From the NCBI RefSeq assembly GCF_009914755.1, contig NC_060933.1: a stretch of DNA of 64,000 bases; one strand, given 5' to 3'. The position numbers were made by a program, and so were the translations under genes. Shown piece after piece: positions 12,677-27,678 of the stretch (positions are counted from its first letter, which is position 1; each line of letters starts with the position of its first letter). The notes beneath the pieces are model-generated. The model saw only the letters and a program-made list of their open reading frames with translations. It did no database searches and was not told the DNA's origin. Source of the DNA: the human T2T-CHM13v2.0 reference genome, Homo sapiens.

Positions 12677-15600
12677 AGTCCACCCTTGTCAACTTGGCAC
12701 CCATATGCATCTCCTTAAACCATGCTTAATTACCAAGTAAAGAAAATAACAAGGTCATAATTCTACCTAACAGGATTCAACTGCCCTGCATGCAACTAAA
12801 AATGCACTAATCTCTTTCCCAGAAGAGGAGGTAAAAATCCTTGAGTAATGTTTACTCTTCTCTTGACATCTCATCATTTAAATACTATAATGTAAAGTTA
12901 ACAGTACTTAAGTACTGATATAAAGTCAATACATTTTATGTAACATGATAAGGGAATAAGAGAGGAAAGAAAACAAAAGTATTTGCTTAATGCATCTATC
13001 TACACAAACACACACAAACATATTCATAACAAAATAAGGAGGAGATACTCATGACAATTACCATCCTCATTTCTATGACTGGCCGCGTGGCCACAGCTGA
13101 TATTTATAATCACATTTTTCTACTACCTATTCAGTATTCTCTTTGCCTTTAGCAAGCACCTCAGTGGTCATGGTTCTTTACTTGATGGGGTGACCCAAAC
13201 CTTTGTTCCTGAAGGGTCTGGGCCATTAGCATTCCTGTATGGATTAGGTTGTTCTAGTTTCTATTGACCTTAATCATAGGGCATGGTAATACTAAGAGAT
13301 GCCCTAAGGGATTGCTTTTATTCCAGACATATTCTTCTTTTTTTTTTTTTAATTATACTTTAAGTTCTAGGGTACATGTGCACAATGCGCAGGTTTGTTA
13401 CATATGTATATATGTGCCATGTTGGTGTGCTGCACCTGTTAACTCGTCATTTACATTAGGTATATCTCCTAATGCTATCCCTCCCCCCTCCCCCCACCCC
13501 ACGACAGGTCCCAGTGTGTGATGTTCCCCACCCTGTGTCCAAGTGTTCTCATTGTTCAATTCCCACCTATGAGTGAGAACATGCGGTGTTTGGTTTTCTG
13601 TCCTTGCGATAGTTTGCTCAGAATGATGGTTTCCAGCATCATCCATGTCCCTACAAAGGACATGAACTCATCCTTTGTTATGGCTACATAGTATTCCATG
13701 GTGTATATGTGCCACATTTTCTTAGTCCAATTTATCATTGATTGACATTTGGGTTGGTTCCAAGTCTTTGCTATTGTGAATAGTGTCACAATAAATGTAC
13801 GTGTGCATGTGTCTTTATAGCAGCATGATTTGTAATCCTTTGGGTATATGCCCAGTAATGGGATCACTGGGTCAAATGGTATTTCTAGTTTTAGATCCTT
13901 GAGGAATCACCACACTGTCTTCCACAATGGTTGAACTAGTTTACAGTCCCACCAACAGTGTAAAAGCATTCCTATTTCTCCACATCCTCTCCAGCACCTG
14001 TTGTTTCCTGACTTTTTAATGATCACCATTCTAACTGGCATGAGATGGTATCTCATTGTGGTTTTGATTTGCATTTCTCTGATGGCCAGTGATGATGAGC
14101 ATTTTTTCATGTGTCTGTTGGCTGCATAAATGTCTTCTTTTGAGAAGCATCTTCTCATATCCTTCGCCCACTTTTTGATGGGGTTGTTTTTTTCTTGTAA
14201 ATTTGTTGGAGTTCTTTGTAGATTCTGAATATTAGCCCTTTGTCAGATGAGTAGATTGCAAAAATTTTCTCCCATCCTGTAGGTTGCCTGTTCACTCTGA
14301 TGGTAGTTTCTTTTGCTGTGCAGAAGCTCTTTAGTTTAATTAGATCCGATTTGTCAATTTTGGCTTTTGTTGCCATTGCTTTTGGTGTTTTAGTCAGGAT
14401 GTCCTTGCCCATGCCTATGGACATACTCTTCTTTACCTCCATTGTGGAGCAGTAGTCCAATTTTCCCTTGGTAGTGAATGTAAATCACTCCAGACAACAT
14501 CATAGTTCCCTTCTTGGTCTTTTGACTCAGACACATGAGGAACCCAAAGTGGCCAGGCAGAAGTCTTAACTTCCAGGTCAAGGAATCACTCACTGTTGTG
14601 TCTTCTGAAGAAAACATTCCTCCCTCTGGACCTGTAGACCTGCATGCAGAACATTAAGTCTTGGGAATAGGAAGCAAACATTTTGCTAGTGGATCTAGAG
14701 GTAATAATGAGTGAGAACACTCCCGTTTTTACCTGTTGAATCCTGGCTGTGGAAGAAACAGTGTCATATACTGGATACTGATTCAGAGCATATACTGCCT
14801 TCTGGAGGGCCTTGTCCTAGCCCAGCAAGGTTTTGCCACCTAGTTGATGCTGTATGTAGCTAAATCTTCACAAGCTCTTTCCACGGTTCTATCAGTCAAA
14901 TGCTTTAGAATAGTGGGGAACATGGTAGGAGCAGTGAATCCCATGAGCATGAGCCCATTGTCACACTTCTTTGGCTGTGAAGTAAATTCCTTGGTCAGAA
15001 GCAATGCTGTATGGAATACCATGACAGTAAATAAGTCATTCTATAAGTCCACAGAGGGTAGTTTTGGTAGAAGAATTGCATTCAGGGAAGGCAAATCCAT
15101 ATTCACAGTGTCTATTCCAGTGAGAACAAAAACAATGCCTCTTTCATAATAGAAGTGGTCCAATGTAATCATCCTGCAACTAGGTAGCTGGCTGAACTTT
15201 TCAGGGAATGGTGCCATATCAGGGGCTCATGGTTGGTCTTGCTTGTGCCATATTCAGCCCTCAGCAGTGGCCATAGCCAGTCAGCTTTGGTGAGTGGAAG
15301 TCCATGTTGCTGAGCCTATGAATAACCTTGCCACCAGGGCCACTGTGTTCATGAGCCCATGGGCAATGACTGGGGTGGCCATCTGTCAGTGCTGTCAGTC
15401 AGGGCGTAATAATCCTTGCCGCCAGGACCACTGTGTTCATGAGCCCATGGGGCAATGACTTAGGTGGCTGGGGAAGGAGGCTGACTTTTATCCAAGAGTG
15501 GGTCATTTTATCCATCTGATTATTAAAATTCTCCTCTGCTGAGGTCACTTTTGGGTGAGCATTCACATGGAACACAAATATCTTTTTGACTTTTTTTGCT

Positions 15601-16715
15601 CATTCTGAGAATTCTAAGAGTTCTATCCACATACCTCTTTCCCAGATTTCTTTATCACCAATTTCCAGTCATGCTTCTTCCAAGTCCCTGACTATCCAGC
15701 CAAACCACTGGCTTAGCCCATGACTTGGTGTATAATTGCACATCTGACCATTTCTGTTTTCAAGAGAAGTGCACAACCTGGTGCACTGCTCAAGGTTTTG
15801 CCCACCGGGAAGATATCCCTTCACCACTGTCCTTAAGGGATGCCCCAGAAAGGGGTTACAGTACTTTTGCTTATGGTTGATACCTGCATATTGGGCAGAA
15901 CCATCTCCATGCCAGGCCCAAGTTTTTTTTTTTTTTTTTTTTTGTCAGCTGATCATAGGGAACTCCGTATGCAGCCATAGATGCAGGCAGGGAGAGATAA
16001 GGCAGTGTAGCAGGAGTGGGGACTGTGGGCATTTGGGCCACTTCTTCATGTAGCTGATTTGTGATTTCATTGCATGCCCAGCCTAATCATATTACTTCCA
16101 TCTGACAATGGAGTGCTGTCGTGCATGCCCAATGCCACGGCTTGGTGGGTCTTAAAATACCCAGTCCATGATGGGCGGCTCAGGTAGTGTGGTCATTTGA
16201 TAGCCCATGCTCATCTGTTCAGTCTCCACTAAGGCCTGGTAGTAGGTTAAGAGCTGTTTATCAAAAGAAGAACAGTTATCAGCAGATTATGGTAGGGCCT
16301 TGCTCCAAAATCCTAAGAGCCTGTGCAGCAATTCATCTACAGGAGCCTGCCAAAGGCTCCAAATAGCATCTCTATCTGCCATTGACCCTGCAAGCACCAT
16401 TAGATCTGCTGGATCTTATGGCTTAAGTAGCAGAGTAGCTCACACAGAAGCCAGGACCTTTTGCAGAGCCTTCTCTTGTTTTGGGCCCCCACTCAAAACT
16501 AGCAGTTTTTCAGATCCCACATAGTAAATGGGCCAGAGTAACACACCCAAATGAGAAATGTGTCTTCAATGTTTGAAGAAGTCCACTAGGCATTGTTCCT
16601 CTTTCTTGCTTGTAGGAAAGACGAGATGCAACAACTCATCTTTTACCTTCAGAGGGATAGCTTGACATGCCCCATACCACTGGACCCCTAGAAGTTTCAC
16701 TGAAGTAGGAGATAC
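12677..16715 (-). mobile_element. ERVL (HERV-L-like) internal region with degenerate pol (RT, RNase H, integrase) and dUTPase remnants, interrupted by an L1PA
   Basis: Contiguous with the MLT2 LTR. Minus-strand fragments resemble ERVL pol/dUTPase (WKLRLLPGHFGFLM; WAHEHSG in the integrase zinc-finger region). Many stops and frameshifts. Confidence 0.82.
13341..14419 (-). mobile_element. 5'-truncated L1PA (ORF2 C-terminus plus 3' UTR)
   Basis: ORF2 peptides ([37 protein letters not shown]), poly(T) at the left end, TSD gacata(t/c)tcttcttt at 13326-13340 and 14420-14434. Confidence 0.95.
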
Positions 16716-16719
16716 CTGA

Positions 16720-18940
16720 TTTTTAAAAATTTATTTTAAATGAGAAATAAAAATTGTATATATTTATAGTGTAAAACAAGATGTTTTGATAAATGTATAC
16801 ATTGCAGAATGACTAAATCATGCTAATTAACATATCTATTACCATATGCTTAACATTTTTTTGTGGTGAGAATACTTAAAATCTATTCTCTTAGCAATTT
16901 TCAAGTATACAATATATCGTTTTTAACTATAGTCACCATGCTCTTGAATTTATTCCTCCTGTCTAACTGAAATTTTGTAACCTTTGACCAACATCTCCCC
17001 AATCTCTGTGCCCCACCCCAACTTCCAGCCTCTGCTAACCACCATTCTACTCTCTGCTTCTATGACTCCATCTCTTTTAAATTCCACGTACAAGTGAGAT
17101 CCTATGGTATTTGCGTTTCTGTACCTGGCTTATTTAACATAATGTCCTTCAGACTCCTCCATGTTGTGGCAAAAATGACAGAATTTTCTTCTTTCTAAAG
17201 GCTGAATAGTATTTCAGTGTATGCATATATACCACATTTTTGGGTTAATTTTATTTTTTTTAATTGGCAAATAATTGTTCATATTCCTGGGGTACATAGT
17301 GATGTTTTGATACATATAATATATAGTATAGTGATCTGATCCAGGTAATTAGCATATCCACAATCTCAAGCATTTATTTTGTTGTGTTGGGAAGGCTCAG
17401 TATCCTCCTTCTAGCTATTTTAAACTGTATCATCTATTATTGCTAAGGATGGTCGTCCTACAGTGGCATGGAACACTGGAACTCATTCCTCCTATCTAGT
17501 TGTAATTTTGTATTCTTTAACAGACTTCTCCCTATTCCTATCCTCCCCTTTCCTTTCCTTCCCAGCCTCTCATATCCTTGTTCTATTTTTTACTTCTATG
17601 AGATCAACTTTTTTGAGCTTCCACATATGAGTGAGACCAGGTAGTGTTTAACTTCCTGTTCCTGGCTTATTTCACTGAACATAATGTCCTCCAGTTCTAT
17701 GCATGTTGCTGTGAATGACATGATTTCATTCTTTGTTTATGGCTGAATGGTATTCCATTGTGTGTGTATATATATGTATATATCCCATTTATCCATTCAT
17801 CTGTTGTTGGACACCTAAGTTTATTCCATATATTGGCTATTGTGGATAGTTCTGCAATAAACAAGGAGGTGCCGATGTCTCTTCACTATAATGATTTCCT
17901 TTCCTTTGGGCAAATTACAAGCATTGGGATTGCTGGGTAATATGGCAGTTCTACTTACAGTTTCTTGAGGAACTTCTATACTCTTTTCCCTAATGGCTGT
18001 ACTAGTTTATATTCCCACCAACAGTGTAAAAGAGTTCCCTTTTCTCTGCATCCTTGCCAACATTTGTAATGTTTTTTCTTTTGATAATGAATAAATCAAA
18101 TTATTTAAAAATCCAAAAGTAATTTAATAATTAAATTAAATTGAATTAAATAATTTCTGGGTTTTCTATTTGTTCAATTGGTCTATGTGTCTGTTTTTAC
18201 GTCAGTACCATGCGCTTTTGATTACTATAGCTTTGTAGGAGATTTTGAAATCAGGTAGTGTGGCGCTTCTAACTTTGTTCTTTTTGCCCAAGATTGCTTT
18301 GGTTATACTGGGTCTTTTGTGTTTCCATGAAAAGTTTAGAATTTTTTCTCTATTTCTATGAGCAAATGTCATTAGAATTGTGATGGGGGTTGCACTGAAT
18401 CTGTAGATCATGTTGGGTACTATAGGTATTTGAACAATATTAGTACTTCTATTCCATGAACACAGTGTATTTTTCTAATTATTTGTGTCTTCTTCAATTT
18501 CTTTCTTTCTTTCTTTCTTCTTCTTCTTTTTTTTTTTTTTTTTTGACGGAGTCTCACTCTGTCATCCAGGCTAGCATTCAGTGGCGCGCAATCTTTGCTC
18601 ACTGCAACCTCTGCCTCTTGGGTTCAAGCAATTCTCCTGTCTCAGCCTCCCAAGTAGCTGGGATATTACAGGTGCCCACCACCATGCTTACCTAATTTTT
18701 GAACTTTTAGTAGAGATGAGGTTTCACCATATTGGCCAGGCTGGTCTTGAACTCCTGACCTCAAGTGATCCACCTGCCTTGGCCTCCCAAAGTGCTAGAA
18801 TTACAGGTGTGAGCCACTGTACCTGGCCATCTTCTTCAATTTCTTTAATCAATGTTTTATAGTTTTCAGTACACAGATCTTTCACCACCTTGTTTAAACT
18901 TATTCCTAAGTATTTATTTTATTTAATGTTTTTGTAGCTT
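16720..18940 (-). mobile_element. Nested L1MA-type fragments (two 3' ends plus ORF2 pieces)
   Basis: L1MA 3' UTR-like text at 16730 and again at 17250. ORF2 fragment MIYRFSATPITI at 18202-18411. Confidence 0.75.
18500..18828 (-). mobile_element. AluS
   Basis: Full dimer in antisense orientation. Flanking tcttcttcaatttcttt is duplicated. Confidence 0.93.
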
Positions 18941-18959
18941 TGTCCGGTAGTTCCTGAAT

Positions 18960-19980
18960 TAACTGATTTTCAGAATATTACATAAATGGAATCAAGTAGT
19001 AGTTGACCTTTTGAGATCAACTTTTATCACCTAGCATAATTCCCTTGAAGTACATCCAAGTTGTTGTGTATATCAATAGTTCATTTTTAAAATATTACTG
19101 AATAGTATTCCATTGTATGGATGTACCATGGTTTGTCTAACCATGCGTACATTGACAAAGTTAAGAATTCTCTCAATTTTGGGCTATAATGAATAATGCT
19201 GCTCTGACCATTCATGTATAAGTTTTTGTGTGAATGTAGCTTTTAATTTTTATCTGGGATGAATGTTCGAAACTGCAGTTGCTGGGCTATATGGCAAGTG
19301 CATTTTTAGTTTTAGAGAAAACTATCAAACTGTTCTTCAAAGTGGCTGAACCATTTTACATTTTCACCAACAATGTATGCATGGCCCAGTTTCTCCGCAT
19401 CATTGCCAACATTAGATGTTAATATAATTTTCACTTTAGCCATTCTCAGAGGTGTGTTGTAATATTGCCATTGTTATTTTAATTTTCCCCAGTGATTAGT
19501 GATGTTGAACACTTCTTTGTGTGCTTATTTACTGTCTACTTATTTCCTTTTCAATGAAATAACTGTTCATGTCTAAGTACATTTTTTCATTGAATTGTTT
19601 GTTTGTTTTTTATGTTGAGATTTGAGAATTCCTTGTAGAAACACAGGTTCAAGATATAGCTTCCTTTTTTAGTTATGTGGTTTGCAAATATATTCTTCCA
19701 CATTGTCATTTGATTTTTAATCTTCTCAGTAGATCTTTCATAGAACAGACATTTTTAATTTTGATGAGGTGTAGTTTATTAATTTTTTCCTGTGGATTAT
19801 ACTTTTTTGCGTCAAATCTAAGAACTCTACCTAGCCCTAGGCCCCAAACATTTTCTTCCATGACTTTTTTTTTGAAATATTCTATAATTTTACATTTAAG
19901 TCCATGTTCCATTTGGGATAAATTTTTGTATGAGCAGTAAAGTGTAGGTTGAGCTTATTATTGCTATTTTTGCTTTTGAA
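18960..19980 (-). mobile_element. Old L1M (L1MC-like) fragment
   Basis: L1 3' region text and a degenerate ORF2 peptide KINKLHLIKIKNVCS. Confidence 0.7.
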
Positions 19981-22294
19981 CATATAATTATGTAAATCCT
20001 TTTTGTATATAAAGAAATGACAGCAGTCAATTGTACCATTCATGATGCTCCCTTACTTGTGTTTTTGTAAACTTTCTTGAATGGGAGACAGGAAGATGGC
20101 ATGGAGCTACAGCTATGGTATCTATTTATGTGCCTACCTATCAATAAAATTTTGTGTCAGCAGAGGGAAAGGGCTTTAAACAAGCAAGCATAAGCCAAAT
20201 AATCCTGCAGACATGTTTGTCCCACACAGTGTTCTAAAAAAAAATCTTGAGCTGACTTAAAACAAATTTGAAGATTTAATATGCAAATGTAGATCTACAA
20301 ATTCTTTTTAAAAATCAGAAGATTCAGTGATAGTAGCTCCACATTCCTGTCTGGCAACCATGTCATTGCCTGGAGCTGCTTGCTTCTTTAGAGAAGACAT
20401 GCTCTCTCCAGTTCACTACAGTCTCCACCAATCCTTGCTGACCCCCCAACACTGAGACCCCTTTTCAGTGTCACCTCTCATTATTGTTTTCCTTGCATTA
20501 TTGCTTTAGTTGTCCAGTGCTTGTTTCTATGTGGTGCTCTCATCATTCCCTTTAAATCCTCACATTTGTGACCTCCTTAGGTTTCTCTTCTTGGCCTGTC
20601 ATTCTTTATTTCCTTCCATTTCTCCTCTCTCTCTCCTTTACTCTGTTTTTCTTTGATTATTTATTTAAGCCCATTAATTGTTGATTGGTAGTGAAGTGTC
20701 ACCGAGAGTGGCCTATCACTGGGTGTTCCTAGGCCCTGTAACATCCTGACCCTACAGGACTTCCAGTCATTTTGAAGGCCTAGCATGCAGCATGCAATTT
20801 GTGAGTCGTGGGCTTCCAACACAGAAGTGGTGGTAGGGTGCAGAGAATACCCACTAGATCTGTGATTTTGAATAACCTGTCATGCTTTAGTCCTTAAGTT
20901 GAGTGCCTGCCCTTCTGAGTTGGGCCACTGAGCTCAGTCATAAAAGCATAAGTGATAGCATCTGAACTATAATTATTCTAAGTCACACTTAAAGTCATTA
21001 AAAAAAAGTTGGCTTTTGACTAAGGATGACTCATGGCATCCTGGAGCGTGAAGGCCAAGAAAGAGCAATACCAAAGGGTGGGAGAGTTCAAAATCTTCTG
21101 GGAAAACCTAGGTCAGGGAATGTCGGACTTGGGCTCCAACACCTTCTCTCAAACCCCACAAATCATTTTTTATTTGATTTGAGAAAATGATAACATGATA
21201 ACCATCTTGAGCACAAGATGGCAGTCTTACTTCTGCTTCACTGCCTTTGGCTGTCTGGAGAGAAGTGATAGGAAACAGAGCGGAAACAAAACTGCTTGTG
21301 TTGCTGAGAAATATTGAAAAATAAACAGTAATCAAGAAGAGTGATGAGGGAAGAAAAGAGATGGAAAATACATGCAAGTGTTTTTGAGTTTTGTTTTGCT
21401 TTGTTTAGAACTTGGCTCTGCTCAGTCTTGAGTCTCTGTGCTAAATACATGTAGGCTGGAGTCTCACGTGTATGTTTCAGCTCTGATCTAGATAGAGCAA
21501 AGACCCTAGCAGACACAGGGGATGCAGAAGGAAATCTAGACACCATATGTTCTAGCGCAAGGTAGGCAATGGGTCCAGGTACTTGGACGGAGCAAGTCTT
21601 GGGCTAGGCTATGATAACCTCTTTATAGTATTTCTTATGAAACTAATAAAATGAAAAACTTTCTTTTTTATGCAAAGACTTATGCCATACTCTGGCAAGC
21701 ATATAGACAGAGTTCAACTCATAGGTAGATATTAAAAAGAAGAGTGAAAGAGACTCTTGCTCTCTCTCTCTCTCTTTCTCTTTCTCTGGTAGCCACTGAA
21801 AGCTAACTACACTGGAACACTCTCATTTCTGCAAAGAAAAATATCATATCCCAGGATGAAAAGGAGGAGGAAGAGGAAAGGCTAACTTAACAAGAAGCTC
21901 TTTGACATTCTTGAATTAGACACCCAACGTAGTCCACGCAGTACGGAGGTAATTTGGTCCTTATGGCCAGCCCTAAGATTGTGTCAAAAACACCAAAGAA
22001 AAGGAGGCTAGAAGGCTGCTGCTGCTCCTGGGGTAAGGTGAGGTTACTCTGTGCCTTGCCACTTTTCCCGATGGCCAGCTACAGGGCAGTGCCTTTTATA
22101 GGCACAGAGGTACCATCTCAGCTCTCTGTCATTCCTTCCATACTAAAAAACATGGGCTAAAGTGACACTTTCAATCCTTGTTGAAGTGATATTAAGCCTT
22201 CATTGTATGACTTTCTTTACTCACAAAATGAGGTTAATAAAGGTAATACAACCATTTTTGGGAGGCAACATCCTTCACATGGAGAAAGTTTCAG

Positions 22295-22591
<297 letters not shown>

Positions 22592-23377
22592 TCAGACTTA
22601 AAGTTGCGGACATTCAAAGACAATATCTAATTAGTCATCCAAGAGCCTCGTGAGATAGAGGTTTGTTAAATGTAGAGTTGCGGGCACAGAAAGGCAAATT
22701 GGTAACCTAACACCACACTATGTCTTTGTTCCATAAACAACCTTGTGATATTTCTTCGAATAATATTTATTCATTTATTTAGAGAACAGAATCCAAAGGA
22801 CAGTGGAGATTTAGCACCAGGGGCAGTGGCTGATAATCTTTGATAACTTTGGGGTTGTGAGACCACTGGCAGTGCTCTCAGGATATCCTCTCCCAATCCA
22901 AAATGTACTGAGTGACACATCTTTTCAAATTTAGGTTAAAAAGAATTGATGTTTTAAAGTTGTATTTTGAGGATCTGATACTCTTTTAAGATTGTTAGAA
23001 ATATTCTGGACTACTGAAAACACAGAATTAGCTATAGGAGTAGCTCCTGCCCTCAGAAGCTGAATTATATTTGGGGACTGATTTTTCTATTCTATATATG
23101 TCACTTGAGAGGCTAAGAGGAAACAGAAGGCAGGAGGGCTTCTCTCATTTCCAGCACCTTCTCCTTAATCCATAAGAAATCTTTCCCCATGCACAGAAGA
23201 TGTCTCCCAGGTGGTAGAGAAGGTTTACTGAAACTTTTGAAGAGCAGTGGGGGGAAGGTCAAAGGTGCAATTTCTGTATTTGCAAAGAAACAGGGCTTGC
23301 AGAATCTCTAGGGCTTCTAAACAGAAAAGAGGTATTTTTATTACAAGACATGAGGTCAGTCAATTGATCACAGAGGT

Positions 23378-23700
23378 GTTTTTTTTTGTTTTGTTTTGTT
23401 TTTGTTTTTTTTTTTGAGAGAGAATGAGGGTCTGTCACTCTGTTACCCAGGCTGAAGTAGTATAGAGGTGCGATCTCAGCTCACTGCAACCTCCTCCTCC
23501 CAGGCTCAAGCGATTCTCCCACCTCAGCCTCTGGGACTATAGGCAGGCACCACCACACCTGGTTAATTTTTGTATTTTTTTTTGTAGAGATGGGGTTTTG
23601 CAATGTTGCCCTGGCTGGTCTCAAACTCTGGGACTCAAGCGATCCACTCACCTCGGCCGCCCAGAGTGCTGGAATTACAGACATGATCCACCGTGCCCAA
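23378..23700 (-). mobile_element. AluJ
   Basis: Antisense dimer with J-type features and a (TTTTG)n tail. Confidence 0.88.
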
Positions 23701-25332
23701 TCCCACAAAGGTTCTTTAAGAAAGAGAAACTAATTAGGTGAAAAATAACAGAATATCAAGGAGTGGCTTCATTCAGCAGAATAATTTGTTTTCTGTTGTT
23801 TCTTCACTAGGATGACTTCAGAAGTGCAATTCTGATATGGACTTTGTCTCCCTAAGGCTTTCAGTTCCTCATATTTAGGATAAAACAGAAGTTTATGTAA
23901 AGCCAAGGGAGAGGGTCACCGGGAGAGGGAAGGAGGAACAGCAGAAGGAGAGGTCCACACATGAAAATACTTGGAAGCACCCCAGGGCCTATCAGATGCA
24001 GGTCTTGGCGGAAATTACCAAACATACTTCAGACAGGCTGCTGTGTTGCTGAGTGTGGACTGGCCTCAGGGCCTGCTGATCAAAGCAAAAGGAAGCAGTG
24101 AAAAAAACATCACCATGTCTTCTTAGAGTCTAATCTGGGGGCAAGAGGCCAGCATGCACAGTTGGTGCTGATTTTCTTGGGCGGATAGAGGAAAGGTGTA
24201 GGCGTGGCCAACATTTGAGCAGCATGTGGTTCCTCTCACACGCCATGCTGTTTCCGGCCTCCTTGCATTTTACTCATGCCATCCTCCTGGTCACTTCTTT
24301 GAGATATTAAGTGCATTCTTTAGGACTCAGACTCAGCTCAAGGGTCAGTGCATCCATGAAGCCTTACCTGGATCCCAGAGGGAGCTCTGTGCTCCTCCTT
24401 TGTCTCCTATAGGACCCAGTACATGCGTCCAGTATTATCCATACACACTGAAATGATCTAGCATGTGTCTTCCCATAGGATTTCAAATTCTTAGAATATA
24501 GGAGTGATGCCTTCTTCCTACTTATATTTCCAGTGTTAACAGTGCCTGTCAATTGACTTGAAGATAACTAAAAGTCTGGTTGTTAAGGGCTGCTTCCCAC
24601 CTCCAAATACTTCCCTGGAAGTCATTGTATGGGCACTGACATTGGTAGGTCTCCACTGGCTTGTAGATGCTTCTGATTATAAGGTAGTCTCAGATGCCTT
24701 CAGAAAGTTCTAAGACTGTATAAAACATTTCCTTCACAACCAATAACTGTGTATTATTGTTCGTGTAATTCCAGAAGTTATCCTTTTGATAGAGAGCAAT
24801 TACTTTATTGATTGAGAGTTAGCTAATTATGTAATAAAGGTAAAGATTTGCATAGAGAAGTGTAAGAGACATGGAGAAGATTCTTGGTGGGTGGTGAGGG
24901 CGGGTACATTTACACCAGACCAAGACTGATCTGGCTGTGGCGCTGGAGATTAAACTGTTTAAATATGGGATCCTAAGAAGACTTCTGTGCATTCTAGACT
25001 TCAAGAGACAGATTGCATTTTTTTTTAGGAAATGTAGATAAAACCCTTTGACTGAATGACTCTAGAAAATAATATTGATTTGAGAGAGAAAGGAAATTCT
25101 AAAACAAAATCCTGACAGCAGAGGCATGAATGATCCTCATGAGGAAGAAATGAGACTCTGCTTAACTACACTGTAGATTTTGGTGTGGAAGAAGATGGAA
25201 GGTGGGTATATAGCCAAATTTTGAATACAATAGGGCAGCACAAAACTGTGACAACAGTGGCAGAAGGACTGAAGTACAGAATGTGTGAAAGTTGTTGTGA
25301 AATAAATAGAGAGCAACAGAAAAGGACTATTT

Positions 25333-25648
25333 GGGCTGGGCAATGGTAATCCCAGAACTTTGGGAGGCTGAGTCAGGTGGATCACCTGAGGTCAGGAGCT
25401 CAAGACCAGCCTGACCAACATGGTGAAATCCCATCTCTACTAAAAATACAAAAAATTAGCTGGGCCTGGTAGCGGGTGCCTGTAATCCAAGCTACTAGGG
25501 AGGCTGAGTCAGGAGGATCACTTAAACCCAGGAGGCGGAGGTTTCAGTGAGCCGAGATTGCACCATTGCGCTCCAGCCTGGGCGACAAGAGCAAAATTCC
25601 ATCTCAAACAAAACAAAACAAAACAAAAAGAAAGAAAAAAGAAAAAAA
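25333..25648 (+). mobile_element. AluS with a small 5' deletion
   Basis: Dimer with (CAAAA)n/(GAAA)n tail. Confidence 0.9.
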
Positions 25649-26912
25649 GGACGATTTGAACCAGGCTTAGAGTAAGAAGGATGAAGTGACAAGACCAGAG
25701 TTTGGGCAGATGGTGAGACATTAACAGATAATAGAGACAAAGCAGTATTTTCTACCTCTTATTCTGTGTCTTTCTCTGGCGAGGAAAAGGATTTTTCCTT
25801 TAGAAATGGTAGAGATAACGTGGTTAACAAGAAGTTGACATCTTAGTTGAGGGAGATCACATAAGAGATATCATAAGCTTATTTAAATGGCTGCAAAGAT
25901 GATAAAGGTTATTACTGGGTTTGCTTATATGACTAAGGATAAGCTGCCGGAAATACTTGGAGAGAAAGATGGTACATGGAAGAAAGGAAGAGAATTTGTC
26001 TCAATTTTCCAAGAAGGAGCAAATTTGGGATCCAGAATACACCTAAATTACTGTTCATTCTGTTTTCTCAGACTGCCTCCACTTGCCTAGCCTACTCTTT
26101 CTCTTTTTGGGCTATTTTGTCCAATCTTTCCCCATCACTGGACAGGGAGTGGGTACAAAATGAGCCAGGTGGATTGTGGCTGGGTTTCACAGGGCTAAAC
26201 TACAAAGGGGAATTTCTATCCAAGACAACTCAGTACACTAGGTCCTGAAAAGGCAGTTGAGATAAATCATTTGGAGAAGCTGATATTAAAGAAACAAGGT
26301 GTAAGGATCAAAAGGAACCAAAGGAAGAAATGGAGTTACAGGTTTAAAAAGCTGAAATGCGGGTGGTAGGTTGACATCAGGTTAGAATGAGGTCTGAAGT
26401 TGGCACAAAAAATGAACTTCAGAATGACTACAAAGCAAAATAAAAACAAAATATTAATGGACAATACCAGTTTGGTCTTTATGTAATTGGGTATGTGGTG
26501 CATAGGTGGCTCAGGCTAAGGGTTAAGAAAGACATAGAATTCAGTTTGATGGATTCTTAGCTGGTTAGACAGTCACCTTCTATGTAAGGATGAATTAATT
26601 AGTTAAGAAATAGATGTCAGCATAGGCAACGTCTTTAGTTGAGTGTCTGGACCTGTCATGTTAAATATTCTTTATCACTGACTTAAATAGAAGCATGAAA
26701 GGCAAATATATTAGACCTGCAGGTGAAAAAAATATAAGAGGAACAGTTAAAATGTTGGATGGCAGACTTGAAGAAAGGATTCCATTTTCTCTACTTTGCC
26801 CCTGAGAGGTTAAAACTAGCATCAACGGAGGAGCATTTTTAGAGAGGCAGATTTAGGCTTACCATAAAATGGAACTTTCTTGCAATTAATGGTGTACAAA
26901 GATGAGATTAAC

Positions 26913-27218
<306 letters not shown>

Positions 27219-27678
27219 GAGATTAACTTTAATTCAAGCAATATGTATTGAGCTCCATACATGATACTCTGCTAGATATAATGACAAATAAGAGAATTAT
27301 TTGGCTGTAAGAGAATTTATGGCTAACTTCAGTAATAATCTGTAAAGTGCTTATTTCTAATATCCTGATTAAGGAAAGTTGCTGGAAGTGTTCAAGCCCA
27401 GACTAGGAACTGTATCTCCTTGTAAAGGAGATTCCTGCAAATGGTTGAAACGTTGTGCTCAGCCAGTTGGTTTCAAACTTGACTGTGAACCACGATAAGA
27501 AATACATTTACAACAAAATCCAGTACAACCTATAATAAAGTTTCATCAAACAATGTTGCCTTTATACCTTTGCTGTTTTCTATTCTAGCATTGTCTAGTC
27601 TATTCCATTAGAAATATCCTAATAAAAGCCACTAAATTGACTTAGTAATGGGTTGCTACCCCAGTTGGAAGAACATTT

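Noticed and set aside
13398-14460. ORFs resembling a reverse-transcriptase protein C-terminus
   Set aside because: Frameshifted pieces of a 5'-truncated L1PA ORF2, not a gene. The same applies to 51770-52634.
14390-16715. Possible domesticated ERVL pol or dUTPase
   Set aside because: Multiple stops, frameshifts, an internal duplication and an L1 insertion; no long intact frame
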